From assembly GCA_963816185.1 (NCBI GenBank), contig CAWFJJ010000001.1:96001-160000 (forward strand): a DNA stretch of 64,000 nt, written 5' to 3'. Each line of letters begins with the position of its first letter. The stretch's first letter is position 1. A program made the translations under genes and the position numbers. Origin of the DNA: Thermoanaerobaculia bacterium. GTDB lineage: Bacteria; Acidobacteriota; Thermoanaerobaculia; UBA5066. Below the pieces are notes generated by a model that made no database searches, had not been told where the DNA came from, and saw only the letters and a program-made list of their open reading frames with translations. Below are positions 48,528-60,531 of this stretch, one piece after another.

Positions 48528-49976
48528 GTGAGACGTCTCGATCCGTTCGCGCCTCTCGCTCCGCTCGTCGCTTCCGCACGGACCGCGCCACTCCACCCGC
48601 TGCTCTTCCTCTCCGGAGACGACGACTGGATCGTGGCCGAGGGCGTGCGGCGCGTGGCGGCGGCGTTCCGGGAGGCATTTCGCGGGGGAGAGGTCACGGC
48701 GTACGAGGCGACGGGAGAGGGCGTGAGAGAGGCCGTCGCGGACGCGGCGACCATCGCGCTCTTCGCCACGAACCGGCTCGTGGTCTTGGAAGCCACGGAA
48801 CTGTTCCACGGCAAGGGCCTCTCGGCGGAGGAGCTCGACGCGCTCCTCGACGAGGCCGAGGAAGGCGGCGACGACGTGCGCCTTCTGGCGCGGCTCTCGC
48901 GCAAGGCCTCCGCGCTTGCCGCGGCGGCCGGCGTCTCCGTGGGCGATGACCCCGAGGAAGCCGCGCGCCGGATCGCCGGGCGTGTGAAGCGCTCGGAGCG
49001 CGCCGGGGCGCTCGCCGCTCTCCTCGCGAGCCTGCCCGCGTCCGAGGAAGGGGCCGAGACGGCGCTCGACGCGCTTCTCGACTTCGCGCAGAGGGCCGGG
49101 GCCTCCGACAACGTCCTGCTCGTCCAGGCGGTCTCGCCCGATGCGCAGCACCGTGCGACACAGACCCTGAGGCGCGCCTCGTGTGCCGCGGACTTGTCCG
49201 TGCCGGACGAAGCGGCTCGCCGCGAGCGGCTCGCGGCGCTCGGGCTCGAGCACGCCCTGGAACGCAAAGTGCTCGTGGAGCCGGAGGTGTTCGACCTCCT
49301 CTCGGGCCGCGGCCGGCTCTTCGCGCGGCCGTTCCTTTCGGATCTCGACCGCCTCATCGACGCCGCGGCGGGACCGCGCGTGACGGGCGAAGAGGCCGCG
49401 AGGCAGATCGCCGACGAGAGCAAGGAGTACGGCTCGGACTTCGTCCAGGCCGTCGCCGGACGCGACCTCAACCAGTCGCTACGCCTCCTCACGAAGCTCC
49501 TGTCGGGAGCTACCTTCACGGCCTTCCGGCCCTGGGGAGAGAGGGAAGAGGCGCCGGTCGCGAAGAAGGGCCCGCGCGGCGAGGCCGCGTTCTTCCCGCT
49601 CCTGGGCCTTCTCGCTGCCGAGCTTCGCAGGATGCTCGCCCTTCGCGCCGCCCTGGAGGAGCGTGCGGTCCTCTCGGCGGCCAGGCGCGCCGACTATCGC
49701 GGTTTCGCGGACCGCGTCCTTCCCGCCCTCAAGGCACCCCGCGAGGGCCTTGCCCCGTTCTCCGTCGAGGCGCACCCGTTCGTTCTCCACAAAGCGTATC
49801 TCGCGGCCCTCGGCTGGACGACGGAGGACCTCAGGCATGCGCTCATGGGCCTCGAGGCGATCGACCGCGGCGTGAAGAGCGGCGCCGGAACGGGGCCCGA
49901 GCTCCTCGAGGCCTGGCTCTTGTCCCGCCTTCCGGCGGCGCCTGCGCGCGCCGTCGCAAGCGGAAGAGCGGGCTGA
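48528..49976 (+). CDS. holA: DNA polymerase III delta subunit-like (extended)
   Basis: LLFLSGDDDW, IALFATNRLVV, HPFVLHK, IDRGVKSG. Confidence 0.6.
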   Translation: MRRLDPFAPLAPLVASARTAPLHPLLFLSGDDDWIVAEGVRRVAAAFREAFRGGEVTAYEATGEGVREAVADAATIALFATNRLVVLEATELFHGKGLSAEELDALLDEAEEGGDDVRLLARLSRKASALAAAAGVSVGDDPEEAARRIAGRVKRSERAGALAALLASLPASEEGAETALDALLDFAQRAGASDNVLLVQAVSPDAQHRATQTLRRASCAADLSVPDEAARRERLAALGLEHALERKVLVEPEVFDLLSGRGRLFARPFLSDLDRLIDAAAGPRVTGEEAARQIADESKEYGSDFVQAVAGRDLNQSLRLLTKLLSGATFTAFRPWGEREEAPVAKKGPRGEAAFFPLLGLLAAELRRMLALRAALEERAVLSAARRADYRGFADRVLPALKAPREGLAPFSVEAHPFVLHKAYLAALGWTTEDLRHALMGLEAIDRGVKSGAGTGPELLEAWLLSRLPAAPARAVASGRAG

Positions 49977-49978
49977 GG

Positions 49979-52900
49979 ATGGCGGCCGAGCCGTCCTTTC
50001 GCCCGCGCGTGCTTTTCGACCGGCGCGACCGCGTCTTCATCGCCCTTTGCCTGCTCACGATCCTGGCCGGCGCGGCGATCTTTCACGCCGGGTTCTCGCG
50101 GGCGTTCCCGGAGGCCTCGATCGACTTCAAGGTGACGCGCGAGGAAGCCGTTCGCCGGGGCGCCGAGGCGCTTCGCGCGCGCGGATTCACGCTCGACGGC
50201 GCGCGCGCCCTCGTGATCTTCGACGGCGACGACGAAGCGAAGGTCTATCTCGAGAGGACGCTCGGCCTCGAGAAGGCGAACCCGATCTTCTCGACGACGG
50301 TGCCCGTCTGGCGCTGGTCGGTGCGGTGGGTTCATCCGCTCGAAAGGCTCGAATACCGCGCGGCAGTCGCTCCGGACGGGCGGCTTCTTGCAGTCCGGCG
50401 AATTCTGCCGGAGAAGACGGCAGGCGCCCGACCCTGGCGACGCGGCGGCGCGCGCGCTCGCGGAGGGGGAGATCCGATCCTTCCGCGGCCTCGATCCCTC
50501 GGCCCTCCGGTTCATCGAGACGACGGTCGAGAAAAGGCCCGGACGAGTCGACCGAACGTTCGTGTGGGAGTCGAACGCGATCCGTTTCGGGGATGCCGCG
50601 CTCCGCTACCTCGTCGAGGTGCAGGGCGACCGCATCGGGCGCTCGTCGCTTCATTTCGAGGTGCCGGAGAAGTGGCGAAGGGACTACGAGACGCTCCGCT
50701 CGAAGAACCTCGCGGCGGGCACGGTGGCCACCCTCGGGCTTTTCCTCACGGCGCTCGCCGTGCTCGTCGTCTTTCTCGAGCGGGTGCGGCGCAGGGACGT
50801 CAAATGGAAGTGGGCGCTCGCGTTTGCGGGCACGGGCGCCGTCCTGCAGCTTTTCGCCTCGCTGAACGAGATGCCGATTCGCCTCTTCGATTACGACACC
50901 GCGGACGCCTGGACGGGTTTCGTGGCGAAATCGGTGGCAGGCGACGTGGGCGGCGCGGTCGCCCTCGGCGTCGTGCTTCTGCTCCTCGTCGCGGCCGGGG
51001 AGCCGCTCTATCGCGAGCGCTATCCGGACAAACCGGCGCTCGGCCGCCTCCTCTCCCTCCGCGGCATCTCCTCGAAGCGGTTCTTCCGCGGGCTCCTCCT
51101 CGGATATGCGATGACGGCGTTTTTCTTCTCGTACCAGATCGTCTTCTACCTCGTCGCCGCGCGCTTCGGCGCGTGGGCTCCCGCCGACGTGCCGTACTCG
51201 AACCTCCTCGGCACGTGGTTTCCCTGGGCGGGCGTCCTTCTGATGGGCTTTCTCCCCGCGACGACCGAGGAGTTCTCGTCGCGCATGTTCTCGATTCCGT
51301 TCGCCGAGCGGTTCCTGCCGCGCTGGGCCGCCGTCGTCGTCCCGGCGCTCATCTGGGGCTTCGCCCACAGCACGTATCCGAACCAGCCTTTCTACATCCG
51401 GGGCCTCGAAGTGGGATTCGCGGGGATCCTGATCGGCGCCGTGATGCTGAAGGCGGGAATCTTCCCGCTGCTCGTGTGGCACTTCACGGTGGATGCCGTG
51501 TACACGGCGCTGTTGCTCCTGCGCTCGTCGAATCCCTACTTCGTCGTCTCCGGTGCCGCCGCGTCCCTCATCCTGCTGCTTCCGCTCGCCGCATCGCTGA
51601 TCCTCTATTTCCGGCGCGGCGGCTTCGCTGCCGAGGAGGACCTCACGAACGCGGCGACGGGCTCGGTGCCCGCGCCGCCGCACGTCGAGGAGCCCGTTCC
51701 CTCGGTCTGCGCTCCGCCGCGCGCGATCTCGCCCGGGCGCGCCGCCGCCGCGCTCGCGCTCGCCCTCGCGGCATTTGCCGCGGCACGCTGGGTCCTGCCG
51801 CCTCCGGGGCCGTGGGAGGGTGTGCGGGTGAGTGTGGACCGGACCAGGGCCAAGGCGGCGGCAGACGCATTCGTGAAGGCGGCCGGAGACGATCCCGCGG
51901 GATATCTTTCGGTCGCGACGACTGCGACGGCGCTCCCCGCGCTCGAGGACGCCGCAGAGACCGGCCAGGACCTCGTGCCGTATGGCGAGTCCGCACAGGC
52001 CGAGCGCTGGCTCCTCGAGCGGGGCGGCATGCCCCTCCTCGCGCGCTGGGCGACGGCGATCCTTCCGGGGCCGGTCTGGAACGTGCGGTACGTGCGCACG
52101 CTCGACGAGCACGGTGCGACCGTGGCCGTGGACGCGCGGACCGGCCGGATCGCCGGTTTTCGCCGGACTTTTCCCGAAGCCGAGCCCGGCGGAAGCCCCG
52201 ACGAAAGCGTCGCACGCGCGAAGGCGGCGTCCGGCTTCGCGTCGTTCGGCCTCGACCCGTCGGGCTGGTACGTCGTCTCGTCGAAGAGCGAGGCGCGCAA
52301 GGCACGGCGGGACACGCTCGTCGTCTTCGAGTCGAAGCTCGAGCGGGCCGGTGAGGCGACGCGGCGAGTCGTGACGGGCCTCGCGGGCGACGTGCCCGCG
52401 CTTTTCGCGACGGCTTTGAAGCTGCCGGAGGAATGGGTGCGCGCCGGAGAGAAATCGACGGCGGTGACGTACGCCGCGATCTCGTGGAAGATCGCGGCAT
52501 GGGGGACCCTCGTCGGGCTTCTCGTCGTGGAGCTCGTGCGGCTCGCGCGCAAAGGAGCGATTCCCTGGCGCCGTTCGCTTCGCCTCGCGGCGCTCCTGGC
52601 GCTGCCCGCGATCCTCTCGCGCCTCGTCTCCCTGCCGCTCGCCCTCGCGCGGTATGACTCGCAGTTTTCGATGGCCGTCTTCGGGGTCGTGGCGGGCGTG
52701 GGCCTCCTCGTCGGAATCCTGGTCTCCTTCGGCGCCGCGCTTCTCGCGGTCGCCCTCGTCCTCGCCGTGAAGAAAGATGCGCCGGCCGCTTTCCGGCGGG
52801 GGGGCGCGGACGGACCGCTCTCTCTTGTGGCCGGGGCCGGCGCGGCCGCGCTCGTCCTCTCGATCCGCGCTCTGGCGCGCGGTGTGGAGGCCTCGTTTCC

Positions 52901-53393
52901 GCTCGAAGCGGGCGTCCGGGGTTTTCCATTTCCGCAGGGAGTCGAGACGGTTCTTCCGGCCGGGGTCGCCATCGGGTCCCTCGTTCTCCGCATGCTCGCG
53001 TTCGGGGCCGGAGCCGCGTTTCTCGCTCTTCTTCTCCGCGACGCCCTCAGGAAACCGGTCTTTCGCGCTTTGTTCTTCGTGGCCGCCGTCGGCGTCTTCG
53101 CGCCTTTCGACGCCCGGACATTCGGCGACCTCTTCGTGCCGGTTTTCGCCGGCGCGCTCACCGGCCTCGCGTTCATCGCGGCCATCGCCGTGTTCCTGAG
53201 GGACGACCCGCGCGCGTACGTCTTCGCGGCCGCGTTTCTCGGGGCGGCGGGCGCCGGCGCCGACCTCGCCTCGAGCGGCATCGCGCCGTGGGTCTGGAAC
53301 GGCGTCGCCGTTTTCGCGTTCGTCGCGTTCCTCGTCGTTGGCTGGGGGCTCGACCGGCCACGGCCGGTGGAGCCGGTCTTCAAGGTTTCTTAG
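49979..53393 (+). CDS. Large CPBP/CAAX-type intramembrane metalloprotease with duplicated extracytoplasmic domain (frameshift ~50427)
   Basis: TTEEFSSR, IWGFAH, VWHFTVD; removing one C in GCGCCCGACC joins 49979 to the 50388 frame. Confidence 0.82.
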
Positions 53394-53500
53394 AATCTCC
53401 GACTTCGAATCCCGACCGCTGTCCCGTGGTCGGCTGCCGGCTTGTTGCAGCGGCCTGCCCAGCGTTCGCCCCGTAGGCGCCAAGGTGCTAACGTAAACAA

Positions 53501-54217
53501 ATGCGGGCAAGGGTTCGCGAAATCGACGTCAGGAAGGTCGAGGGGCTGCCACCCAGGGAAAGGCCGTCCTATACCGTAGCTGAGGTGTCGCACTACGTTG
53601 GAACGCCTGCGGCAACGGTGCGAGCCTGGGTCAAGGGGCAGGCCGGATTCCGGCGAGTTTTGCATCTTGACGAGGAACGACAGGGGCCGCCTCTTCTTTC
53701 ATTTCTGAATCTCGTGGAAATCCATGTCCTTGGTGCCCTTCGGAGCCATCACCGCCTGCCGCTGCCTCGGATTCGCCGGGCTCTCGCGTTCCTGTCCAGG
53801 CGATACCCCAAGAATCTTCATCCGCTGGCGGAACTCGACCTCAAAACCGATGGCTTTAGCCTCTTCGTTGACGAGGTCTCCAGGCTCGTAAATGCCACTC
53901 AAGACGGGCAACTCGCGATGAGAAAAATCCTCGAGGCGTATTTGGAGCGAATCGACCGGGACGTCAGCCATGTCCCCGTTCGCCTCTATCCGTTCACGCG
54001 CCGGCGAGAGGGGTTTTTTCCGTCGGACGAGCCGCGGCTCGTCGTCATCGATCCCGAAATTGCCTTCGGCCGCCCAGCTCTCTCGCAGAGCGGTGTTCCT
54101 ACGGACGTGATCGCGGAACGATTCCGTGCTGGGGAGTCGATCGGCGAACTTTCTCAAGACTACGGTCGACCGGTTTTCGAAATCGAAGAAGCTCTCCGTT
54201 GTGAGCGGGTCGCCTAG
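53501..54217 (+). CDS. DUF433 / VapB45-like antitoxin
   Basis: HTH YTVAEVSHY..TP.ATVRAW, LSFLNLVEIH, IDPEIAFGRP, RFRAGESI..L..DY. Confidence 0.88.
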   Translation: MRARVREIDVRKVEGLPPRERPSYTVAEVSHYVGTPAATVRAWVKGQAGFRRVLHLDEERQGPPLLSFLNLVEIHVLGALRSHHRLPLPRIRRALAFLSRRYPKNLHPLAELDLKTDGFSLFVDEVSRLVNATQDGQLAMRKILEAYLERIDRDVSHVPVRLYPFTRRREGFFPSDEPRLVVIDPEIAFGRPALSQSGVPTDVIAERFRAGESIGELSQDYGRPVFEIEEALRCERVA

Positions 54218-54610
54218 TCCCCCTACATTCTTCGTCGATCGATCTCTCGGACGGCACAAGGTCGCCGACGCTCTTCGTCAGGCGCACCTAACTGTCGTGT
54301 CTCACGATACGGTCTTCCCGCAAAACACCAAGGATCCCACGTGGCTTTCCGGAGTAGGAGCGAAGGGTTGGGTTGTGCTCACCAAGGACAAGCACATTCG
54401 GACGCGGCGCAATGAGCTCGCGGCGCTCCTGAACGCCGGCGTCGCCGCATTCGTTCTCACAAGCGGAACATCACTGGCGAACAGATGGCGGCTGCATTCA
54501 TCGCGGCCATTCATGGAATGCTCCGCCTGCTTCAGTCAACCGCGCGGCCTTTCATTGCCCGAGTGACCATGGCAGGCGCCGTAGAGGTCATCGCTCTGAA
54601 GAAGTCGTAA
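54201..54610 (+). CDS. PIN-like VapC45-type toxin (frameshift ~54468)
   Basis: FFVDRSLG, D..WL...G.KGWVVLTKD..IR; adding one A (GGA AAC) gives NITGEQMAAAFI...PFIARV...KKS*. Confidence 0.82.
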
Positions 54611-54906
54611 GGCATGGCGTGCGACATGGGCACCAGCTCCCGAGCTGGGACCTCTCTGAACTCGGAAGTCGACTGAGACCGCTCTCTTACCCTTCGGAGC
54701 ATATTTCGGGGCTTCCCATAAGCGCAGAATGATTCACCTGCACCTCGCCATCCTTGATGTCCTGCCTAGCGTGAAGATGCGCCAAGCGATGGGCGAGTGC
54801 GGAATGACGGCGCCGTGGTCGGGCGGCGTCGAAAGAGCCCCGGCCCCGCTTCGCGGCCGCGTATCCTCAAAGCATGGCCAAGAGGGTGCAAGACGGGCGG
54901 GACGCG

Positions 54907-56569
54907 ATGAGATTCCTCTCGGTCGCTCTGCTCATCTCCGCTCCAGCGGCCCTCGTTGCGATGAGCGCGGACGGTGCCACCGATCCGTCAACCCGGGAAG
55001 CGCGTGGTGCGGCGTCGTCAACGCCGCCGCTCCGGGCGACACGATCGTCTTCGCGGCCGGGATCTATACCGGGACGTGCTCGATCACGGCTTCGGGTTCT
55101 CTGGCGGCTCCGATCACGTTGCGCTCGCAAACCGCCTCTGCCGCCGATCGCGCGGTCCTGGCCTATCCCGGCACGAGCAGCAACATCATCGACGTCTACG
55201 GCTCCTACCTCGTGTTCCGCTGGCTGACCTTCGGCCCGACGGCGCCCGGCGCCGGCGTGAATCCTCTCAAGCTGCGGAGCAGCGTCCAGGGAATCGTCGT
55301 CGATCAGAACGTCTTCAAGGGCACCGACATCGCCGTCGCGGCGAACTCCAGCGGCAGCACCTATCGAAGCATCTCGATCACGAACAACGTCCTGACGAAC
55401 ATGCAGTCGACCGGCCTCTACTTCGGCTGTCACGACGGCACGTCCTGCCACGCCCTGGACATCCTCATCCAGGGAAACCTCATCGACACGGTGCAGGCGG
55501 GCGACGGCGTGGGTTACGGCCTGGAGATCAAGCTGAACTCCTGGGCCACGATCCTCGAGAACACGGTCTACGACCCCAGGGTCCGGGCATCGAGGTCTAC
55601 GGCTCGAATCGAGGCGATCCTCCGAGCGTCGTCGAGCGCAACTACGTCGAGGGGTCCCGGAACGACGCCGGCATCAACGTGGGCGGGGGCCCCGCGATCG
55701 TGCGCAACAACATCGTCGTGGGCAACGCGTACAACGGGATCTGGGCCCAGGATTACGCCGGTCGCGGTCTTCAGCAGAACGTCTGGATCGTCGAGAACAC
55801 GGCCCTCGCGAACCAGACCGGGGGAATCAAAGTCAGCAACTGGCAGGCGGGCGCGGGCAACATCCTCGCGTTCAACGCGGTCGCGCCGCTCCTCGGCACG
55901 CCGGCGCTGACGCCGGCCTCGCCGATCGCCGACACGCTGCTGGGAAACGTGGCCTGCGTCCCGGCGGCGAGCTGCTTCGTGCAGCCCGTCTCGGCGCCCT
56001 ACGACCTCTGGCCTCTCTCGGGCGGCCCGCTGATCGGAGCGGCCGCGAGCGGAATGGAGCCCTGGCGCGTCGGCAACGATTTCATGTGCGCGCCGCGGGG
56101 AATCGCGGCCGATACAGGGGCGATGCAAAGAACCTCTGCCGGCGATGGGCCCCCGCTCGGTGGCGGCGGCGCCCGGCCCGCGTGCGGCTCGGGCGGCACG
56201 CTCCTCTACACCCTCACTCCGTGCCGCGCCGTGGACACGCGCGACGCACCCGGCGCGTGGGGCGGTCCTGCGCTCCTCGCGGGCACGGAGCGCAGCTTCG
56301 TCCTCGCGAGCCGGTGCGGGATCCCGCCGACCGCTCGCGCCGTGACGGCGAACGTGACCGTGGCAGCGCCGACCGCGGCCGGCGTCCTGAGCCTGCGTCC
56401 GGGAGGCACGGCCCCGCTTCTGGCCTCGACGATCAATTACGCGCCCGGCCAGACCCGCGCGAACAACGCGGTGCTTCTGCTGGGCGCGGCGGGTGACGTG
56501 GTGGTGGCCTGCGGCCAGGCCTCCGGCACGACGCAGTTCATCCTGGACGTCACCGGCTACTTCCAGTAG
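54907..56569 (+). CDS. Secreted right-handed beta-helix protein with a C-terminal 'TPCR..DTR...DVTGYF' domain (frameshifts ~54980 and ~55578)
   Basis: Signal peptide MRFLSVALL; AAPGDTIVFAAGIY; parallel beta-helix repeats; C-terminal YTLTPCRAVDTR...ILDVTGYFQ. Confidence 0.75.
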
Positions 56570-56574
56570 GGCTG

Positions 56575-57437
56575 CTAGCGTCCCCCCGCCTTCCGCCACT
56601 CCCATTCGGCGAGGCGCTCGCGGGCGCCGAGGCCGATGGCGCGGTGGAGCTCGACGAGGAGCCGGGTGGCCTCGGCGTCGCGGAAGGGCGGCGGGCCGAG
56701 CCGCGTGAGGACCGCCTCGGGGTGCTCCGGGGGCGCGAACGACGAGCGGAGCGCGGCGACCGGCTCGCCGGGCCGGTAGAAGAGCTCGGGCCTCTCGAGG
56801 ATGTGCCGCGCCAGCGGCTCCGGCGGTTCGGCCGTGTCGGCGGGCGCGGGGTGTCCGACGCGCGGGCTTCGGTCTTGCGCTCGGGCCGCGTCCGCGCGCG
56901 TTGCAGGCCCTGGAGAAGCTCTTCCCGGGGGACGCCGCGCAGGAGGAAGACGAGGAACGGGTCGTCCTGGAGGTGATCGCCGAGCAGCACGGCGAGGGCG
57001 CCGGCGTGCGCGCACGGCTCCTTTCCCTCGGCGCACGTGCAGGCCGAGACGACGTCGCCGGCGTCCAGCGGCAGGAGCGAGCGGCGCGTTCCCTGGAAGG
57101 CGCTCTCCACGTCCTCGGGCAGGCGGCCCGCGAGAAGGTCGGCCGCGTACCGAGCCCGCGCCGCCATCGCCTTGAGAACGCGGCGCCGCACCGAGGAGTC
57201 GAGCGGCTTGAGGGAGAGCGACGTCTCTTCCGTCTGCCCGTCCGCCGCCCGCACGTCGGCCCGCGCCCCGGTTCGCCCGATCTCGAGCGAGGTCACCGCG
57301 CCCGAGAGGGCGGCCGCCCGCCCCTCCGTGAGCGCGTCCTCCCACCCGAGCGACGCGAGCCGGGCGAGGAAGCGATACGCCCATCCGCTCTCGGGCGGAG
57401 TCGCGCGTGGGAGGAGGGCCTTCTTGCGGCGCGGCAT
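56575..57437 (-). CDS. SWIM zinc-finger protein (frameshift ~56850)
   Basis: CTC...PCAH motif, DDPFLVFLLRG; TGATG-coupled to SNF2. Confidence 0.82.
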
Positions 57438-60400
57438 CAGCGTCCTCCGTCCGTCTCGATCGCGCTCGTGTCGAGCGCGACGAGCTCCGAGAGCTGCTCG
57501 TCCGAGAGCGTCGCGATCCACTGCTCGCCGGCGCCGACGATCGAACGGGCGAGCGCCTTCTTCTCCTCGATCATCCGGTCGATACGCTCCTCGAGCGTTC
57601 CCTTGCAGACGAATTTGTGGACCTGGACGTGCTCGGTCTGTCCGATGCGGAAGGCGCGGTCGGTCGCCTGCTCCTCGACGGCGGGATTCCACCAGCGGTC
57701 CACGTGGAAGACGTGGGAGGCACGGGTCAGGTTCAGGCCGGTGCCTCCCGCGCGCAGCGACAGGACGAAGAACGGAGGCGGATCCTCGTCCTCCTGGAAG
57801 CGCCGCACCATCTCCGTTCGCGTGTGCCGCGGAACCGCGCCGTGCAGGAACAGCACCTCGCAGCCGAAGCGTTCCTTCAGCTCGGCGACGAGGAGATGGC
57901 CCATCTCGGCGAACTGCGTGAAGAGCAGGGAAGGGCTCCTTTCGGCGAGCGTCTCCTCGCACATCTCGAGGAGGCGGGCGATCTTCGCCGAGCGGCCGTC
58001 GCGCCGGCCGTCCCCGAGGAAGAGCGCGGGGTGATCGCAGATCTGCTTGAGGCGCAGGAGCAGGAGGAGGATCTTCGCCTTCCGGCTTCGCCGATTCGCC
58101 CGCCCGATGCCGGAGAGAAGCGATCGGGTCGTCGCGCGGTAGAGAGCGGCCTGCTCGCGCGTGAGGCCGACGAGCTCCTTCGTCTCGATCTTCTCGGGGA
58201 GGTCGGGGACGACGCCCGGATCGGTCTTGGCGCGGCGCAGCAGGAACGGGCCCGTCACGTGGCGCAGGCGCGCGGAGGCCGCAGGGTCGTTGTGCCGCTC
58301 GATCGGGATCGAGAAGTTGCGCCGGAAGGCGTCGTCCGTGCCGAGGAGGCCGGGATTGAGGAAGTCGAAGATGGACTTCAGCTCGGCGAGGCGGTTCTCG
58401 ACGGGCGTGCCGGTGAGGGCCGCGCGCCGGTGCGCCTTGAGAGAACGCGCGGCGCGCGACTGCGCGGCCGACGGGTTCTTGACGTTCTGCGCCTCGTCGA
58501 GCGCGAGGTATTCCCACGTGACGCCCGTCAGAAGGGCGCGGTCCCGATGCACGAGGGCGTACGTCGTGACGAGGAGGTCCACCTTCTTGAGAAGCCGCGT
58601 GAACGCCTCTCCGCTCGCACGCCCTGCGCCGTGATGCACGAGGACGCGGAGCTGCGGGGCGAAGCGCTCGGCCTCGCGGACCCAGTTCTCGGCGACGGAC
58701 GTCGGGCAGACGAGAAGGGACGGGCCGATGCGCTCTCCGGCGTCGCGCGCGGCGAGAAGCGAGGCGAGGAACTGAATCGTCTTGCCGAGGCCCATGTCGT
58801 CGGCGAGACAGGCGCCGAGGCCGCGCGAGAGCAGGAAGCGCAGCCATCCGACGCCGCGCATCTGGTAGGGGCGCAGGATGCCCGTCAGGCCGCGCGGCGG
58901 GACGAAGCCGGCGATCTCGCGCCGCGCGGCCTCCGGATCGAGAAGGCGCCCGATCCACCCTTCGCCGCCCACCGCGTCGACGAGGACGTCCTCCTGCTCG
59001 CCGTCGAGCCCGCCCGCGAGGCGCAGCAGCTCGCCGAGCGTGGTGCGGCCGCCGGGCCGCCGGTCGAGGAGGCGCCGCGCCTTCTCGAGGTTCTCCTTGT
59101 CGAGGAGAACCCATTCCCCGCGGATCTCGACGAGGGGAATCTGCCGGGCGGCCAGCTCCTCGAACTCGTGAGGGCTGAGGAGCGCGTCCCCCACGGCCAC
59201 GCGCCAATCGAAGTCGACGAGGGCATCGAGGCCGAAGCGCACGACCGACGCGTCGGCTTCGCCCGCTCCCGGCGCGCGCGCAACGAGCTTGAGCGCGACG
59301 CGCGCGAGACTGCCGCCCCCGGGCAGGCGGACGGCGATGCCGGCTTCTCCGAGAAGGGGGGCCTCGTCGGACAGGAAGCGCCACGCTTCGTCCGGCGACA
59401 GGATGACGCCCGTGGGATGCCGCTCCTCGAGGCTCCGCGCGACCGGGCGCGAGAGCGCCGCGGCCGTTCCGAGCCGCGCGAGGAGCGTGTCCTGCGGATT
59501 CGTGAACAGGCGCCCGCGCCGGCGCACGGATCCTTCGGTCGTGGCCCAGATCTCCTCGGCCGGCAGCGAGACCTCGGGGCTCTCTCCGGACTCGAGGAGG
59601 TATGCGAGCGAAAACGAGCCGCCGGCCTCGGAAGGCGGCACGACGCGGATGCCGAGACGCAGCAGGCTCTCGGGGAGGGGATCCAGGAGCGGGAGGCTCC
59701 ACTCGGTCAGGCGCGCGAGGACGCCGGGCTCGAGCGCGAGAGTCGGAGGAGCGGCGAGCGCAGCGATGACCTCGGCCTCGGGAGTGTCGCCCGCGCGCCG
59801 CCGCTCGGCCGGAACGACGTCCCGGAGAACGTCGCGCGCGGCCGCGTCCACGGCCTCGTCCAGGAACGCGAGGAGCAGCCCGCGCGCGGGCGGGAGCGCG
59901 CCGTCGGGTCCCAGGCGTGCGCCCGCCGGCAGGATCGCGCGCGAGACAGGCGGCATGGCTTCGGCGAGACGCCGGAGACGCTCCCTCTCGTGGGGATCGT
60001 CGAGGACGGGCCGCCAGCGGGGACGCGTGCCGTCGGCTCCGGGAGCGACGCGTCGGCGGAGCAGAAGGTCGAACACCCAGCGCGCCACCTCCGCCCAGTA
60101 GTCGAGGTCGTCGCCCGCCGATACGGGCAGGGGGCGCGCGCGGAGCGCCGCAGGGAGCGAGAGCAGCGCCTCGAGAGCGGCCGCGACCGGCAGCACGAAC
60201 GCGGGGACTTCGTAGATCCGGAGCACGGCGGAGAAAGGCGGCGCATAGTCGGCGGGCTCCCGAAGCGCCGGCGCGGACGGAACAGGACGCCCGTGAACGG
60301 CGGGGACGACGAGGGCGAGCGTCGTCGTCTCCGTGCGTGCGGAGAACGGGGACGCGAGGCCCTCGGCGCTCAGCGCCTCCAGGAGTACGCACGGCTCGAC

Positions 60401-60509
60401 GGCACGCGGGTGCCGGTCGCGCCCGTCGTGCGGCGTGAAAAGCCCCTCCGCCCAGAAGGCGAATCCGGACGGGCGCGGAGCACCGTGCAGGACAGATCAA
60501 GCCCTCCAT
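57437..60509 (-). CDS. SNF2-family helicase/translocase (frameshift near the 5' end, ~60496)
   Basis: LADDMGLGKT, DEAQNVKN, TGTPVEN, SLRAGGTGLNL, QATDRAFRIGQ; frame stays open up to VLHG at 60493. Confidence 0.92.
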
Positions 60510-60531
60510 TGTCGGCTATCCTCGCCCTCGG

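Noticed and set aside
54729-54760. MIHL... as the displaced N-terminus of the VapC remnant at 61775
   Set aside because: Only four residues match and the catalytic Asp is absent; likely chance
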